Shown here: positions 12,931 to 27,336 of the stretch, piece by piece | How positions within the stretch are numbered: position 1 is the stretch's first letter | Layout: the number at the start of each line of letters is the position of its first letter | NCBI GenBank assembly: GCA_030265395.1 | Contig: JARFYF010000002.1 | Coordinates: forward strand, 36,991,502-37,055,501 | DNA length: 64,000 nt | Source of the DNA: Rhina ancylostomus | Taxonomy: Eukaryota | Direction: 5' to 3' | Made by a program: the position numbers and the translations under genes | The notes under the pieces: generated by a model | Told to the model about the DNA's origin: nothing | Seen by the model: the letters and a program-made list of their open reading frames with translations, nothing else | The model's database searches: none

Positions 12931-13035
12931 TCCAGAGTCCTGAAGAAGGGGCCTGACCTGAAACATTGACTGCCTGCTTTTCTTCACGGATGCTTCCTGG
13001 CTTGCTGAGTTCCTCCAGCATCGTGGTGTTTTTCA
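12931..13035 (+). mobile_element. PLE terminal fragment with hammerhead-like motif
   Basis: AGTC CTGAAGA A GGGG-CCTG-ACCT GAAA CATT GACT, then 'ggatgcttcctggcttgctgagttcctccagca'. Confidence 0.75.
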
Positions 13036-13369
13036 TAACGTGCACTTCCCTTTGCAACTGTTCAACAAATGANNNNNNNNNNNNNNNNNNNNNNNNNNNN
13101 NNNNNNNNNNNNNNNNNNNNNNNNNNNNNNNNNNNNNNNNNNNNNNNNNNNNNNNNNNNNNNNNNNNNNNNNTTGATTTAGTAGCCAAATTTAATTGCTG
13201 AAATATTTCACCAGAAAGATATTATGTTAGGGTAATGTAAAATGAAATCTGAAGCAAACCGTCTCTTAAGTCACAGTAAGTCTGCCATTTGCAAGGGAGC
13301 TGGAGTAACGATACGGGCTGGCATGTTGCAAGGAGATGTAAAAATCCTAAACTACCATTCTTTTGTACA

Positions 13370-13560
13370 TAAGATTAGATTGGGGCCAGCAACATACATT
13401 GTTTCCTGACTCCTTAATCAGGTAACTCATCTCTTTAGTGCCAGTTCCTCATAGCCCTCAATTCCCTGATCTTTCATAAATTTATCTACTTCCTCTTTAA
13501 GTACTCCAGATGAACTAGCCTCCACAATCCTTCAGGGTAAACAATTTCAGAGATTATGCA
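13370..13560 (-). mobile_element. Old CR1 3' fragment
   Basis: 'aaatttatctacttcctctttaagtactcc...gcctccacaatccttcagggtaaacaatttcagagatt' is the reverse of the CR1 3' region. Confidence 0.55.
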
Positions 13561-14894
13561 GTTTTGTTTTAAAGATTTGAGGAGAGGAAGGGGGGGGTGG
13601 GGAGTGGGGGCTGAAGAGGAAAGTAAGTTATGATGTTCCTATGACTACACTTTGGAATGTCCTAAGTTTATGATATATGCTGCAAAACATGCAGTCTATT
13701 ATTTCTGAGCTAGACAGGCCAATAACATGACATTACATTATATAACTTTATATATGCTCATACCGCCACTTAGAGATGCAAGCAAATGTGTGAAGTGTTG
13801 GCACCACTCTCTAGCCTAGAAATTACACTCATTTTTGATAATAAATTAGTGTTTTGGGACACTCTAATGGTGCTTGTGAAAGTTGCAAAAAGAATGAATA
13901 CTTCACTTTCAAGTTAACAGAACATCATTGTCAAATTTGCCTGCATAAAGCTGCACTGAAACTGATGTAGTTGGCTTCAGCGCAGTGGTCCCTGTTGATT
14001 CTCACAGTTGGCAACATGTTACATGGAAAATATGATCTTTGCAGCCAATTCTTATGGGGATAAAGCACAAAACAGGGTGCAGTCTCCTTGCTGCAGGAGT
14101 GGTTCTGTGGAGATAATAACAATGTTGCAAGATGGTTAGCAGAGTGATCTCAAAAAGTCAGTAGAACCTGGACAAGCTGGTGAAGAAGAGTGTTTGTAAG
14201 AGCCGTGTTCTATGTGAGTCACAGGGACCCTCATTGACTACAGCCAGGTGTTTCCTGGTAGGAGGTTGCCAGGGATGTTTGCGTAAGATATTTGTATTAT
14301 CATTATAATAATGTTTGTACAGAAGAGGTCATTTGGCCCATTGGGCCAATGCCAGCTCACATTTTGTGTTTTTTTTAAAACTAGAAAGGTTTTGGGCAAG
14401 ATGTGGTTAATAGAAGCTGGTTATTCTGTAAGTAATTGTTTGTTACATAAATGTTGATGCCATTTGGGACAGTTTTATTCTGGAAAAAAGGGTGTAATGG
14501 AGAATGAAAATCTTATGAGAGGAATTTTCTGATGGGAGCTGAGCCACCCAGAAACTGCTCTGCTTCAGGATAAACCAGGTTTTATAACAGTAGATGTGTA
14601 TTTTTTTGGAGTTGAGTTCTATCCTGTTGTGTTTAATATATAATGGATAACACATTTTTATATTTTAGTGTAATGCTACTCCAATAGCACTTCCTGTTCT
14701 GTTTGATCAAAGCAATTATTACTGGCATAAGCTTTGATTATTTTAGTATTTGCATCAAGGTGGTTACATTGTTCTCCCATTATTAAGAGATTACATATAT
14801 TTTATCTTCCACTGTCATCGTTGTTTACTTATATCTTTGTAATTCCAACAATATCTTCAAAATAGATGGTTTTAAGATGGGTGATGATGTGGCA

Positions 14895-15330
14895 TAAGAA
14901 TGTATGAAGTAGAAGCAGGAATTGGCCATTCATTCCCTCATGCTTTCTCTCCCATTCAAAAAGATCTCAGCTGATCATCTTTATTGCAGCACCTGTACTA
15001 ACTGTATATCTCTTGATTCCTTTAATATCTCAAAAATCTATCAGTATCTGCCTTAAATAAATTAAACACCTGAGCCTCCACAGCATTCTTAGGTGGAGAA
15101 TTCCAAAGATTCACTACCCTCAGGTTGAAGAAACTTCTTCTCGCCTCTGTTATGATTGACTGATCCTTTACTTTGAGGCTGGGTTCCCTGGTTCTAGACA
15201 CCCCAGCCAGGGAAAACATCAGCTCTGCATCCATCTTGCTCAACTCTAACAATTCTGTATATTTCAATGAAATTGCATTTCATTCTTGCAACTTGAGTGC
15301 ATAGACCCAGGCTGCTTAATCTTTTCTCAT
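14895..15330 (-). mobile_element. CR1 3' fragment
   Basis: ORF 15022-15267 (MFSLAGVSRTREPSLK...RVVNLWNSPP...FKADTDRFL) is a typical CR1 ORF2 C-terminus. Confidence 0.85.
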
Positions 15331-16761
15331 GTGACAAACCTTTCCTTGTGTGACTACCAGTCTATAGGCTACTTGCCTTCTTTATGCTGTAATCAACACC
15401 ATCCCCATGTAGATGAGCAGAATCCTACTCACCAGCTGGAGCCCCACTGTGCCCCTATCTCTGTCATGCAGCATTCTGCTGTCAGTCACAAGTCTGAGAA
15501 CTCTCAGCCATTGGCAATCAACTTTCAGCTCAAGGATTTTGAAAAACAATGTTGAGTAATGAAGGGATAATTGATAGTCAAAATACATTGCTAATCTGTG
15601 TCAGATACAAAAGAGTAAACTTGATTCATTTGGGGAAAACCTGAAAAATGAAGCTGTAAAATTATTCCTTGAGAAGGATCTGAACGGCAGCAAAGGACTC
15701 GATTGTTGAAGATGTCTTAAGTTTCTCTGTTTATAGCTATTTTGAATTAAATGTTTCCAATAATGTTTCATTAAGAGTTTTGAAGAAATATGCCTTTGCA
15801 GCATGAATGAAATTCTCTCTATTGCCACCTTGTACCACTGCCATCCTGTGGCAGTCTCCCTTCGCGACTGTGAGTGGTTACAATTTGAAATCCACTGACT
15901 GAAAGGGTAGTAAAAGCAGATGCTGTGGTAACCTTCAAAACTGAATGGAATAAGTACTTGAAAATGAGAACATTGCCGGGCTATGGGAAAAGACCAGAGG
16001 AATATGACTAATTTTTCCTGAGGTGGCATAGCCACAAGGGCTTTTTTCTGTGGGGTGGGGGAGTATAAGCACATCTTTTTGGTATCTTCATCTCAATTGA
16101 GTAGTTCTTTTGTATCTTTCTGATTTATCCCAGAGCACTAAGTAGTTTACAATGCAGCTTGTTTTTACTCTCTCAGTTATTCAGAGGCTTCATTGCCAAT
16201 TTGTCTTGGTTCCCACTAAAAGCAATTAATACAAAAGCATTGGATAGGCAGCAGCTTTATTACACTCATGCACCTGTGGTTTCAATAGAAGCTGGGTGTT
16301 ACATAAATAAGCCATTGAAATAGGCAGCTAATACTAAGCAAATCAACACTGCAGTTGTTTGGTTAGGGGCGTGATGCTTAAAATTGCACAACTGCTATTA
16401 GTGACATTTAGAAGTATTTCTTTGATTCAGAAGAACCCTAACTTTCAGCAATCTGTTAACTGAACTTGGAATGCTTTTTTTTGTGGGATTTATCATTCTC
16501 AGAGAGTAAAAGATTGCCACCTTTTTTCCATCTAAGTGTTGCTCTTGACATCATTCATGGGCATGGTTTGCTGAGTTTGTTCACCATTTTTGGTGGAGTG
16601 TTTTTGCCACTTGACTTATGCTTTGCATCAGATTGGTCCCAGATTTCACCCGTATTCTGTGCTGAGCTTGCTGTTGTTAGGAGGAGCAGTGGTGTGGACT
16701 AGTTTCAGCATTTTGAGCAGAGACTGGGATAGTGTAATGAGAAAATACCCCCTCCAGATCT

Positions 16762-16830
16762 AGGGTCTTGACCCAAATCGTCAACTGTCCAGCTACCTCC
16801 ACGGCTGTTGAGTTCCTGCAGCATGTTTCC
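16762..16830 (+). mobile_element. Degenerate PLE terminal fragment
   Basis: 'agggtcttgacccaaatcgtcaactgtcc...gttgagttcctgcagca' keeps stem II and downstream sequence only. Confidence 0.55.
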
Positions 16831-19194
16831 AGAAAATCTTTGTTGCCCGAAGTGAAAAGATATTTTCTCTTCAATCAGTAAACTTTTATAGCAGCATTTG
16901 CTTTGCAGAAATGCTCACTGACTACATTTATAAGGTTACTGCCTCAGGTCATGTGAAAATGTGTGCGTGTGCATGTGTGTACACGTGAGACAGTGTATGT
17001 ATTTCTATTTTTATTTCAGCTTGATTTTTTTTCCCAGTTGCTTAATGGAGAATTTTACTTAATTTTTTTTGGTATCTGTGAAGTCTGGCATAACTCTGTG
17101 TGTATTAAGGTGATTGCCAAAATTCCAAATTTATAACACAGAGCAATGTTTACTGTGATTTGGGTACATTGGTCTTTCAGTCCAATAAAGTTTTCAGTTC
17201 CATTTTAATGTTCAGAAAATCCTGTGAAATTACTGAGATTGACTCCTGTGGTGTAGCATGACATTGCTTGTTTAGCCATTATCGGAGTGTTTTGGATATC
17301 ATTAATGAGGAATTGCAGAGTTTTATCAATACCTTAAAACTTGTATTTACATTCTGGTCTTAACATAAGAAATATAAAAGCATTCTACAGATGAAGAGAG
17401 GATACAAAAAGTGAAGGAAATGAGACAGTTACAGTAATGGGAAAGTTTATTTATGGAGAGCTTCAGAACCAGGTAAGGATGATGTAGCAGAGGGATTTGG
17501 AAGGACCACCACAGCTGAAGGATTGGTAGGAGCATGAGTTGAAGTAGATTAGTGCAGATTGTTTGCAAGATCATAAAACTTGGAGGAGATCAGAAAACCA
17601 GGTTAGGGATGATCAAAAAGAACTTTAACATGAAGATCAAGGATATTTGAACCTTTGTGATACAGGAAAGCAGCAATACATGGTGGGCAGGATTTTGAGG
17701 GAGGTCCAGGGCTTTGTATCGCATGCAGACTATGGATTGGATCTAGAGTTAGAAGCTCAGCTCAAGGTCAAGCACAATAGTAGGCGTTTGAACCTTGGAG
17801 TTAAGCAGCCTGGGATAGTAGCCTGCAGATGATCACAGAGGAGGAGGATTTCCCTCATTGGTTATCATGACACTGATTATTTCAGTACAGTGACAAAGTC
17901 AATTATTTTAACAGACAGATATAGTGATGAATTCTGACAATAACAAATTGATTATTTTCGTCATTAGTTGACATTCAGAAAAATTATTGAATTAAAAATC
18001 TGAATTGCTCTTAAACTTTGTTGGTTAACTTCCACCAGCCATTTCAACCATTAACAAACATTGCCAGAAACAACTCCATCTGTATCTGAGGATTGGTGGT
18101 TCTGGAATCCAAACACAATTGTCTTCAATCGGTTGCAGGCTTTGTGCTTGTTTTCTTTATAATGTGGTCTGTTTTGGAATTTTTTTGGTAAACCCAATCA
18201 TTTTCCAACTTCTGCCTTCCTGTAATTATCATTCCGGTAGGAAATACTCTGTTTCTGGCTGCTTTGGAATGATGCTCTTTACTTTGCGTTGATGAATGTT
18301 TAAAAACTCTCATGGAATGCAGCATGACTGTGCAATGCATTGTTTCTCCAGTTCGTTAATCTTTACTTCCTAGTTCTATTGCTAATGATCCAAAGTGAGG
18401 TGGGTGCATCTGGACCATTCTGTTCTCTGACTTCCATTTCAGGACTATAATATAAAATGCAGACCCCATGATTCCAGATAATATTTTCTGTGTCCAGCCT
18501 GTTGGTGTTTAGCCTGATGATTAGGAATAATCAAAAATAAATACCACATCCTGAAAGCTGGAGATAACATTGTGACAGCTCCATTGGTTGCCAACCATTT
18601 TCAGATTTTTGGAATTTTTAAATCTCTCTTTTGCATTCTGATGATTGTTGCAGGGTAAGTCCTGCTTTTTGATAATCCCTTCAAATGTTTTCTCTACTAG
18701 TGCAGCCAGTCACTGGAAGAACCAACTAACTGGCAACATCTTTATCTCAGTATTGAAGGAATTGATTTCAGAGTATGGAAAGCAATTAGAAATGGAAATC
18801 TTTGTGGTGCAACTCACGCTGTATTAGATAAAGTATTTTTATAACATTGTGTTTAAAATATGACACCAAGGGAACAGAACTCAGAGCAGAACAATAGAGA
18901 TTTTAAGCCTTCTGTGGCTGGAGATAATCAGCAAGAATGATTGGATCGGCAGAGCTCCAGATAGTCTCGGAATGTGCCATGGACCATTCTCGAACTTGTT
19001 GGTCCAAATCTTTTGGAAGCCCCCCTATTCCTCTTAAAACTAGTTTAATATAGTCTATAATCCCTGTATGTAATAGCTGAAGAAGCAAATCATATTGTTG
19101 AACTGCTTTATTTTTCATTTTACATTGTAGAACACAACTAATGAGATGCTGAGTTCTTTCAAATGACCACAAAGTAGGCAAGTAGAAAAAATGG

Positions 19195-19341
19195 TAAAAG
19201 GCGCATTGATGTAAGAAAAATGGAAGGTTATGGGCTGTGTAGGAGGGAAGGGTTAGGTTGATCATGGAGTAGGTTTACACAGGTCGGCACACCATTGTGG
19301 GCTGAAGGGCCCATACTGTGCTGTACTGTTCTATGTTCTAT
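19195..19341 (+). mobile_element. CR1 3' tail
   Basis: 'gggaagggttaggttgatc...gggctgaagggcccatactgtgctgtactgttctatgttctat'. Confidence 0.85.
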
Positions 19342-19449
19342 CTGAGAGTGGTCTCATTGATGAGAGTGACTGTTTAGCTGCTGACCACATTTCAGCAATG
19401 TGTTCCGGTCAGTTCCAAAGGCTAGTTTATTCAGCAAATTAAGAATTAA

Positions 19450-19801
19450 TATCAGAATCAGATTTATTATCACTGACTTATATGACGTGAAACTTGTTGT
19501 TTTGCAGCAGCAGTACAGTGCAAAGATATAAAATTATGATAAATTACAAAAACAGTGCAAAAAAAAAGTAGTGTTCATGGGTTCATGGACCGTTCAGAAA
19601 TCTGAAGGCAGAGGGGAAGAAGCTGTTCCTGAATCGTTGAGTGTGAGTCTTAGGGCTCCTGTACCTGCTCCCCGATGGGAGTAATGAGAAGAAGGTATGT
19701 CCTGAATGGGGATGGTCCTTAGTGATGGATGCCACCTTCTTGAGGCACTGCCTCTTGAAGATATCCTCAATGGTGGGGAGGGTTGTGCACGTGATGGAGC
19801 T
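19450..19801 (-). mobile_element. Rex/Babar-like LINE 3' fragment
   Basis: The minus strand encodes ASITKDHPHSGHTFFSLLPSGSRYRS..FRNSFFP and ends in a (TCTGAT)n-type tail ('atcagaatcaga' on +). Confidence 0.75.
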
Positions 19802-20881
19802 AGCTCTAGATGGAACTAGCCTTCAATAAAACATTTATTTTGTTTGAAAGGAATGGTTTTCTTGTTTCTTCTTGACCTATTGATAAAATCTAATTTGCAG
19901 AAACTGCTCATTTTGGAGCCTTACATTCTTTTGACTTCATTACCATCTTTTAATTACTGAACAATGCAAGCAATCTGTTCAAAGTATTTCATCTCTGATG
20001 CTAAATGGTAACTTTAGGGAGAAAAGCAGTTACACTCAGCATAGAAAGGGACCAGAATAATTGGTTTACTTTTAGGTAGGGCAGAATAAAATGAGAAGCT
20101 ATGTCTTTTAGCATAATTTTGTAAAAAATACAATTCTAATACATTGACTAATCATTTCACATTTTCAACTGTAAGTATGTTCTGTCCTTAGCTGCCCAAT
20201 TATTTGGTGGGGAACAATATTTTGGACATTTTTATTGCACTTTTTTCTGTGTAATACCCCTACTAACCAGGTATATTTGTGTTTTCTGACATGAAGATAA
20301 ATATGGGAGTTCAGATAATTAAGTATGTAAAAAAAAATATTAAAACAAAACATGTCATTATTGATCTACATAGTAGTGGGCCTGAAGAACGAGTGATACA
20401 AAGTTCAGCAAAAAATGTCAACTTATTTTAGTGACTTAATTTCTTTTGATAGAAAATTGATGATGAAGTTGTTTGCATGAAATTCCTTTATATGCTATTT
20501 TAACCTAATTATTTAAACAGGTTAATGACTGTGCTAAAATAAGAATGTTATGTGAATTAACAATAGTACATTCCCAAAGGAGATTAACCCCTTAGTGTTG
20601 AAGGGTTTCATGTTTTTTCTTGTATGAAATACTTGTTGCCATGATGTGTAAGGCATGGGGCAATGGATAATTGGGTCAGAGGAATATAAAATGTACTAAG
20701 CACCATTTGCAGAGCAAGTGGTTTCTAGCAGTGCCAGAACTGCCTTTGCTTCTCTGGAATGGAGTCTTTCACCGCAGACTGATAGCAGCAAGTGGGAAGC
20801 AGACAAAGAGGCTCTCTCTTGTGAAATTTAAAGTGCTCACTTCAAAATACGTGCAGGGAACCGTTTATGTACAAATGGACA

Positions 20882-23371
20882 GGGAAAGACAGTGGATAGG
20901 GAAGCAGATCCTAGGAAGGTGTGAGAATAACAGAGTCATTGTGATGGGGGATTTTAATTTCCCAAACATCGATTGGCATCTCCAAACAGTGAGGGGTTTG
21001 GATGGGGTGGAGTTTGTAGGTGTGTTCAGGAAGGGTTCTTAACAAAGTTTGTAGATAGATCTACAAGAGGAGAAGCTGTGCTTGATTTGATTCTGGGAAA
21101 CGAACCTGGTCAGGTGTCAGATCTCTTGGTGGGTGAACATTTTGGTGATAGTGATCATAATTCAATCTCCTTTACGTTAGCACTGGAGAGGGATAGGAAC
21201 AGACAGACTAGAAAGGTGTTTACTTGGAGGAAAGGGAATTATGAGGCTCTCAGGCAGGAAATTGGAAGATTAAATTGGGAACAGATTTTCTCTGGGAAAA
21301 GTACGGAAGAAATATGGCAAATATTCAGGGGATATCTGTGTGGAGTTCTGCATAGACATGTCCCGATGAGACAGGGGAGTCACGAGAGGATACAGGAACC
21401 GTGCTGTACGAAGACTATAATAAATCTAGTCAAAAGGAAAAGAAAAGCATACAAAAGGTACAGAGAGCTAGGTAATGCTAGAGATCTGGAACAGTACAAG
21501 GCTAAAAGGAAGGAACTTAACAAAGAGGTTAGGAGAGCCAGAAGGGGACGTGAGAAGGCCTTGGCGGGCAGGATTAAGGAAAACCCCAAGGCGTTCTACA
21601 AGTATGTGAAGAGTAAGGGGATGAGATGCGAAAGGATAGGGCCTATCAAGTGCAGCAGTGGGAAAGTGTATATGGATCCGGAAGAAATAGCGGAGGTACT
21701 TAATGAATACTTTAGGTCAGTATTCACTACGGACAAAGATCTGGGGGATTGTAGTGGGGACTTACAGCAGCCTGAAAAACTTGAGCAGCTAGAGATTAGA
21801 AAAGAGGTGGTGCTGAAACTTTTGGAAAGCATCAAGTTAGATAAGTCACTGGGACCGGATGAGCTGTACCTCAGGTTGCTGTGGGAGGCGAGGGAGGAGA
21901 TTGCGGAGCCTCTGACGATAATCTTTGCATTGTCGATGGAGATGGGAGAGGCTCCGGAAGATTGGAGGGTTGCGGATGTTGTTCCCTTATTCAAGAAGGG
22001 GAGTAGGGATAGCCCAGGGAACTATAGACCAGTGAGTCTTACCTCAGTGGTTGGTAAGCTGATGGAGAAGATCCCGAGAGGCAGGATTTATGAACATTTG
22101 GAGAGGTATAATATGATTAGGAATAGTCAGCATGGCTTTGTCAAGTGCAGGTCCTGCCTTATGAGCCTGATTGAATTTTTGAGGATGTGACTAAACACAC
22201 TGATGAAGGGAGAGCAGTAAATATAGTGTATATGGATTTCAGAAAGGCATTTGATAAGGTACACCATGCAAGGCTTATTGTGAAAGTAAGGAGGCATGGG
22301 ATCCAAGGAGACATTGCATTGTGGATCCAGGACTGGCTGGCCCACAGAAGGCAAAGAGTGGTTGTTGAAGGGCCGTATTCTGCATAGAGGTCTGTGACTA
22401 GCAGTGTGCCTCAGGGGTCTGTTCTGGGAACGTTAGTCTTTGTGATTTTTATTAACGACCTGGATGAGGAAGTGGAGGCATGAGTTAGTAAGTTTGCTGA
22501 TGACACAAAGGTTGGAATTGTTGTGGATAGTGTGGAGGGCTGTCAGAGGTTACAACGGGACATAGATAGAATGCAAAACTAGATTGAGAACTGGCAGATG
22601 GAGTTCACACTTATCTAAGTGTGAAGTGGTTCATCTTGGTAGGTCAAATATGATGGCATAATGTAGTATTAATGGTAAGACTCTTGGCAGTGTGAAGGAT
22701 CAGAGGGATCTTGGGGTCCCAGTACATAGGACGCTCAAAGCAGCTGCCCAGGTTGACTCTCTGCGTAAGTCCTTCATCAATCATGGAATGGAAGTTAGGA
22801 GCCGAGAGGAAATGTTAAAGCTGTGTAGGACACTGGACGGACCCCAATTGGAGTACTGTGCTCAGTTCTGGTCGCCTCACTACAGGAAAGATCTGAAAGC
22901 CATATAAAGGGTGCAGACGAGATTTACAAGGATGTTGCCTAGATTGGGGAGCATGCATGATGAGAACAGATGGAGTGAACTTGGCCTTTTCTCTTTGGAG
23001 CGATGGAGGATGAGGGGAGACCTGATAGAGGTGTATAAGATGATGAGAGGCATTGACCGTGTGGATAGTAAGAGGCTTTTACCCAGGGCAGAAATCGTTG
23101 CCACAAGAGGACACAGGTTTAAGGTATAAAGGAGATGTCAGGGGTACGCTCTTTACTTAGAGAGTGATGAGTGCATGGAATGGACTGCCGGCAACAGTGG
23201 TGGAAGCGGATACAATANNNNNNNNNNNNNNNNNNNNNNNNNNNNNNNNNNNNNNNNNNNNNNNNNNNNNNNNNNNNNNNNNNNNNNNNNNNNNNNNNNN
23301 NNNNNNNNNNNNNNNNNGGCTGAAGGGCCTGAATTGTGCTGTAGTTTTTACTATGTTTCTTTCTATGTTTC
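20882..23371 (+). mobile_element. 5'-truncated CR1 (HER1-like) LINE, ORF2 pseudogene (endonuclease end plus RT)
   Basis: MGDFNFPNIDW and SDHN (APE endonuclease), NYRPVSLTSVVGKLME, DFRKAFDKV, vPQGSVLG and FADDTK (RT). Frameshifts and stops present. (ATGTTTCT)n tail. 12-bp TSD TACAAATGGACA (20870-20881) and TATAAATGGACA (23372-23383). Confidence 0.95.
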
Positions 23372-23754
23372 TATAAATGGACATTATTTTGTTAAATCAT
23401 TCAGCCTAATCATCTTGTAGGGATGAAATGGCAAATAAAAGAATAAATTAAATGAAGTACTTTTCTCCTAATATAGAGGACTTTCTGTGTTAGAACTTTA
23501 TTGATAATCCTCACTATGAACATGCATTTTCATAATCGGTGAAATATCTGTGGTGGAGCCATTGTGTAGTTTAGTTTCATTTCCAGAAGTCTTAGTTCTA
23601 TTGACTTGTCTCGTATTATTAGTTCCTCCTGTTTTCCTCCACTATCTGTTTACCCTGGTTGCTATGTTAGTGACCAAAACTCCAATGACCTTTGACTCTG
23701 AATGAGAGGCAAGGTCGTGATCCATTCAAACTCAATGACATGTTGATATTGCTC

Positions 23755-23756
<2 letters not shown>

Positions 23757-23802
<46 letters not shown>
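23757..23802. repeat. (CA)n microsatellite
   Basis: Pure AC run. Confidence 0.97.
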
Positions 23803-23804
<2 letters not shown>

Positions 23805-26800
23805 CAAACAAAAANNNNNNNNNNTGCACAAACAGGGTTATTTTCTATCTTTTATAATTCATCTATTAAATGCTTGGATGAGGTTGCACAAAATACTGGT
23901 CAAAATATCAGCCTTATAGTTAACTGCAGATATGCAACATTAGCTGTTTTCATCATATCGACCATTTCTCATTGTTTTTCTCCTTTTAAGCTTCTTTCAT
24001 ACATCACTCGGTGGCTCAGAAAATACCGAAGGCTTCACTAACCTGTCTGTTATTTGCAAGTAGAGCACATCAGGACCAATTGACGGGAGGAGGGGGAGGC
24101 AATGATTGGGCTGGTGGGGGGATGTTGAAGGTGGGTTTGTGGTGGTTGCTTGTTAAATATTATTTTTGTTTTTAATGCATGACACCTATTGGATCTCTCC
24201 ACCCCTACACATGTCCCTGATCCTAAGAAAAACAGCTATTAAATCCATGAACTGTCACTGTGTCCATAATTCATATCTGATTATTCTGTTATTGATTTCC
24301 CTTCCATATCACCATTAGACCTCCTTTAGGAAAGAATAGTTTTCTTCCTGACCACAGAAAGAAAAGAAAGTCTACAGTGCAGTTAAATATTTCAAACTCT
24401 TAATCCAAAGTAGCTGTGGTAAAGGGCTAATAATTCAAAAGTCTGACCTCAAATTCGACCAGTGTGATTTGATAACTGGTGCATGAAGTGACCATAAGAG
24501 CTACCGTGTTGCACGCTTTGGCCAAGTTTACCACTAGTTTGTTCAAAATGCAGGTTGGAAAGAAGTTGTGAGAAAGAAGGCACATTTGTGTTTTCCAGTT
24601 GAGCATTTTCATTCTTTTGAAAAATAACAAATATTTTCTATGTAATTATTTTCAGTGTTGCTTTTAATACCCATTGAGGAATAGATTTGTTTTGGGGGTA
24701 AGATTTAAAATTAAAATGATAAAAGTTTGAAACAAGAAACTCACCATGTCTACTTCTGGTTTTAACAGAAGCAGATAAAGGCAGGCCTGGAAGTCTTCAG
24801 ATGAAGTTAGGAGCCAGATCTATCAGGTGGTTGTCTCACAACGGTTAGGAGTGGGTATGTTTCCTCTGAGTGTGACAGGCAAACGTGCAAACTCTACCTA
24901 ACACACGTCCACTACCTCCAAAATTCCAGACCCTACACCCTGAAAACAATATGATCAATGTCTTTGTGAGTACTAACCTCCAATCTCTTCACTCCTTAAC
25001 ATGCTGCTGCTGCTCCCCCTCCGACATTTCCCTTCCATCTCCCCTGTCTCTCTACAATATGTTTACCTCCAAAAATTATTTGATGTACTTCTTGAGTTGC
25101 AGGATTTCTCTTTCCTCTTCAAAGGCTGCCAATCAAGCTGGCTTCCAGTCAATGTATGTATTTTCTTTAAAAGCGTGCATCCACTGGAGTTAAAGTCCAC
25201 AGTGTTTCCCAATAGTAAGTAGCATTGCCATACCCTCAAGGCTTAATCTTGATGAGTACAGGAACTTTTTCTCAAATTATTACCCTCCACACTTGGTCAT
25301 TTAGAGGGGATTCTGAAATTGCTCTGTGGTGGTTAGTGTTAACTTGAGTAAAGGAAGCTTGCCCAATGTAGAAGATTTTCTTTCATTAACCTTGGATAAT
25401 CTATTTTTATCAAAAATCGATGAAAAGAAGCCATAAACTCTACCATTGAATTGGTTTATCTTGTGTTACTTGTGACAATTTCTTTATTGTGGTAATGCGA
25501 CATGTTTTGATTTATATTGATTTATGTGGATCTGATAATATGGTTAATTCTTACTAATTTCAAGAGTCATTCCCAATATTTCCCTCAATTCAACAGCCTT
25601 GATGGTAATCCTTGAAGCACCAATAATACTGCAGAATTTGTTTGCTGCATGATTCTTACTTTTTAATGCCAGCTTTTTTTTTGCTTCCATCATTTGGTAA
25701 TTATAAGGCAGTTAGTCACAGAATGACATGCCTGAAACTGGGAACTCAGTGGAGCAGGAAATCAACCCACCAATCTGTGGTTTAGTATATCACCGTATCA
25801 CCCCTAGGTGTGGACCTGCAGAAAAATATAAGAGGCACCAATGCAATCTATTTAACTTGAAAGAGCCTTATTTCTGTTCAGCAAGCTTTTCTGGTTTTGA
25901 CCATGTAGCATTTTGCTTGCTGTATTTCTTCTTTACTGTTGTAGAATGGGACCACATTTATGAGAAATATTGACCACTGCATTGAGGGCTCCCAGATTTG
26001 AGATAAAGAACCAGTGAAAGTCAGGATGGATAAAAAGCAGTAGATTAGAAATTAGATTGCATAGCCCTGAAAAAATCAGTGCATCTGATCCACTTATGAT
26101 TGCACCTAGAGTAAATCATGTTAGCCAACATTTCCTGGTGACATTATACAAATTATGAAGTTGGACCAGGCTAGTGGCACAAATCTTAAGCACTGAGATT
26201 TGTCAGCATTGCTGACTTTCGCTGAGTGTAGGCAGTCTTTGACTATACTCATGAGTCCACAATTATTTCCCCATTGACCTGAACCTTTTTTTAATTGGAA
26301 CCAGTTCCCATTTCCCCAATGTGCAGATGGTTGTGGATCGCTAGAAGAATTTTCTGATGGTGAATGTCAGTAGACATGACTTCTTCATCTGAGAGAGTCA
26401 GTTGTGCTGGATATTTTCAGTGCTGACACTACTCTGAAGGAAGAATCCTGGGGAACAAAGACTTCGTTCCACACACCATTGTACTGTCTAAACACAGTAG
26501 CTCAACACAGGTATAGGTGATCCACCAAATACCAATACAGCAGTGAAAAATGCTTTATATCTCAGAAGACTGAGATGTTGTTGCTTGAATCAGTCCAGTG
26601 GCATCCAGCTCTACATGTCCGGTAGCTGCAGAGACTTTGCCATAGTGTGCTTTATTCTGCATAACCTTTGCAATCAGAGGATGAGCAGAGCAACAAGATC
26701 AAGAAGAGCAGGAGAAAGAAGAAAAATACCAGTGGAATTTCCTTTTTTGGTAACCACACCCTCGGGTTCAAGTGAGTGGAAAAAGAAGGCATTATCTATA

Positions 26801-27257
26801 TATAAAAAAAACCTCTGTAATTAAGAGACAAAATCATGGTCCTAATGCAAATTGTGATACCAACCATATGTTAGGCAGGGAGGCCTATAGTGGTGTGAAA
26901 CTCACACAGACACATCATATGAGGGCATAAAGTTTGTTTCTGTAGCAGGTGGGTTTTCTCATTCCTGGAGAAGATACCTAGAGCCATTGCCATGCATTTC
27001 CTCTTGTGATGGTTCTGGTTGGTCTCCTGGCCCTGTTGGTGCACAGGATCTCCCTTGTGGCATGCATCTTGTTGACTTGTATGCCCCTTGAGTGATTCTA
27101 GTAACTCCCTACCTCTTTCCTGCAGTCTTTCTCTCCTTGGCTGCCGTAGAGTGTGTTGCTGCTCTCTACCTGGCGCATGGAGTTGAAATTGGTAGGTATC
27201 CAACAAAGTGTTGCAAACCAGATTTAATTGGGCTTGATCCCATCGAGAAACATATTG

Positions 27258-27336
27258 AAACAAGAGACTGCAGATGCTGGAATCTAGGTCAAAAAAACAA
27301 ACTGTGGAGGAGCTGAGTGGGTCAGGCAACATCCAC
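27258..27336 (-). mobile_element. PLE 3' terminal fragment
   Basis: 'gagactgcagatgctggaatct...gagctgagtgggtcaggcaacatcc' is the reverse complement of the PLE terminus. Confidence 0.7.

Noticed and set aside
20671-22190. 123-aa and 405-aa ORFs as host genes
   Set aside because: Frameshifted pieces of CR1 ORF2. The N-terminus of the first ORF is flanking DNA outside the TSD.
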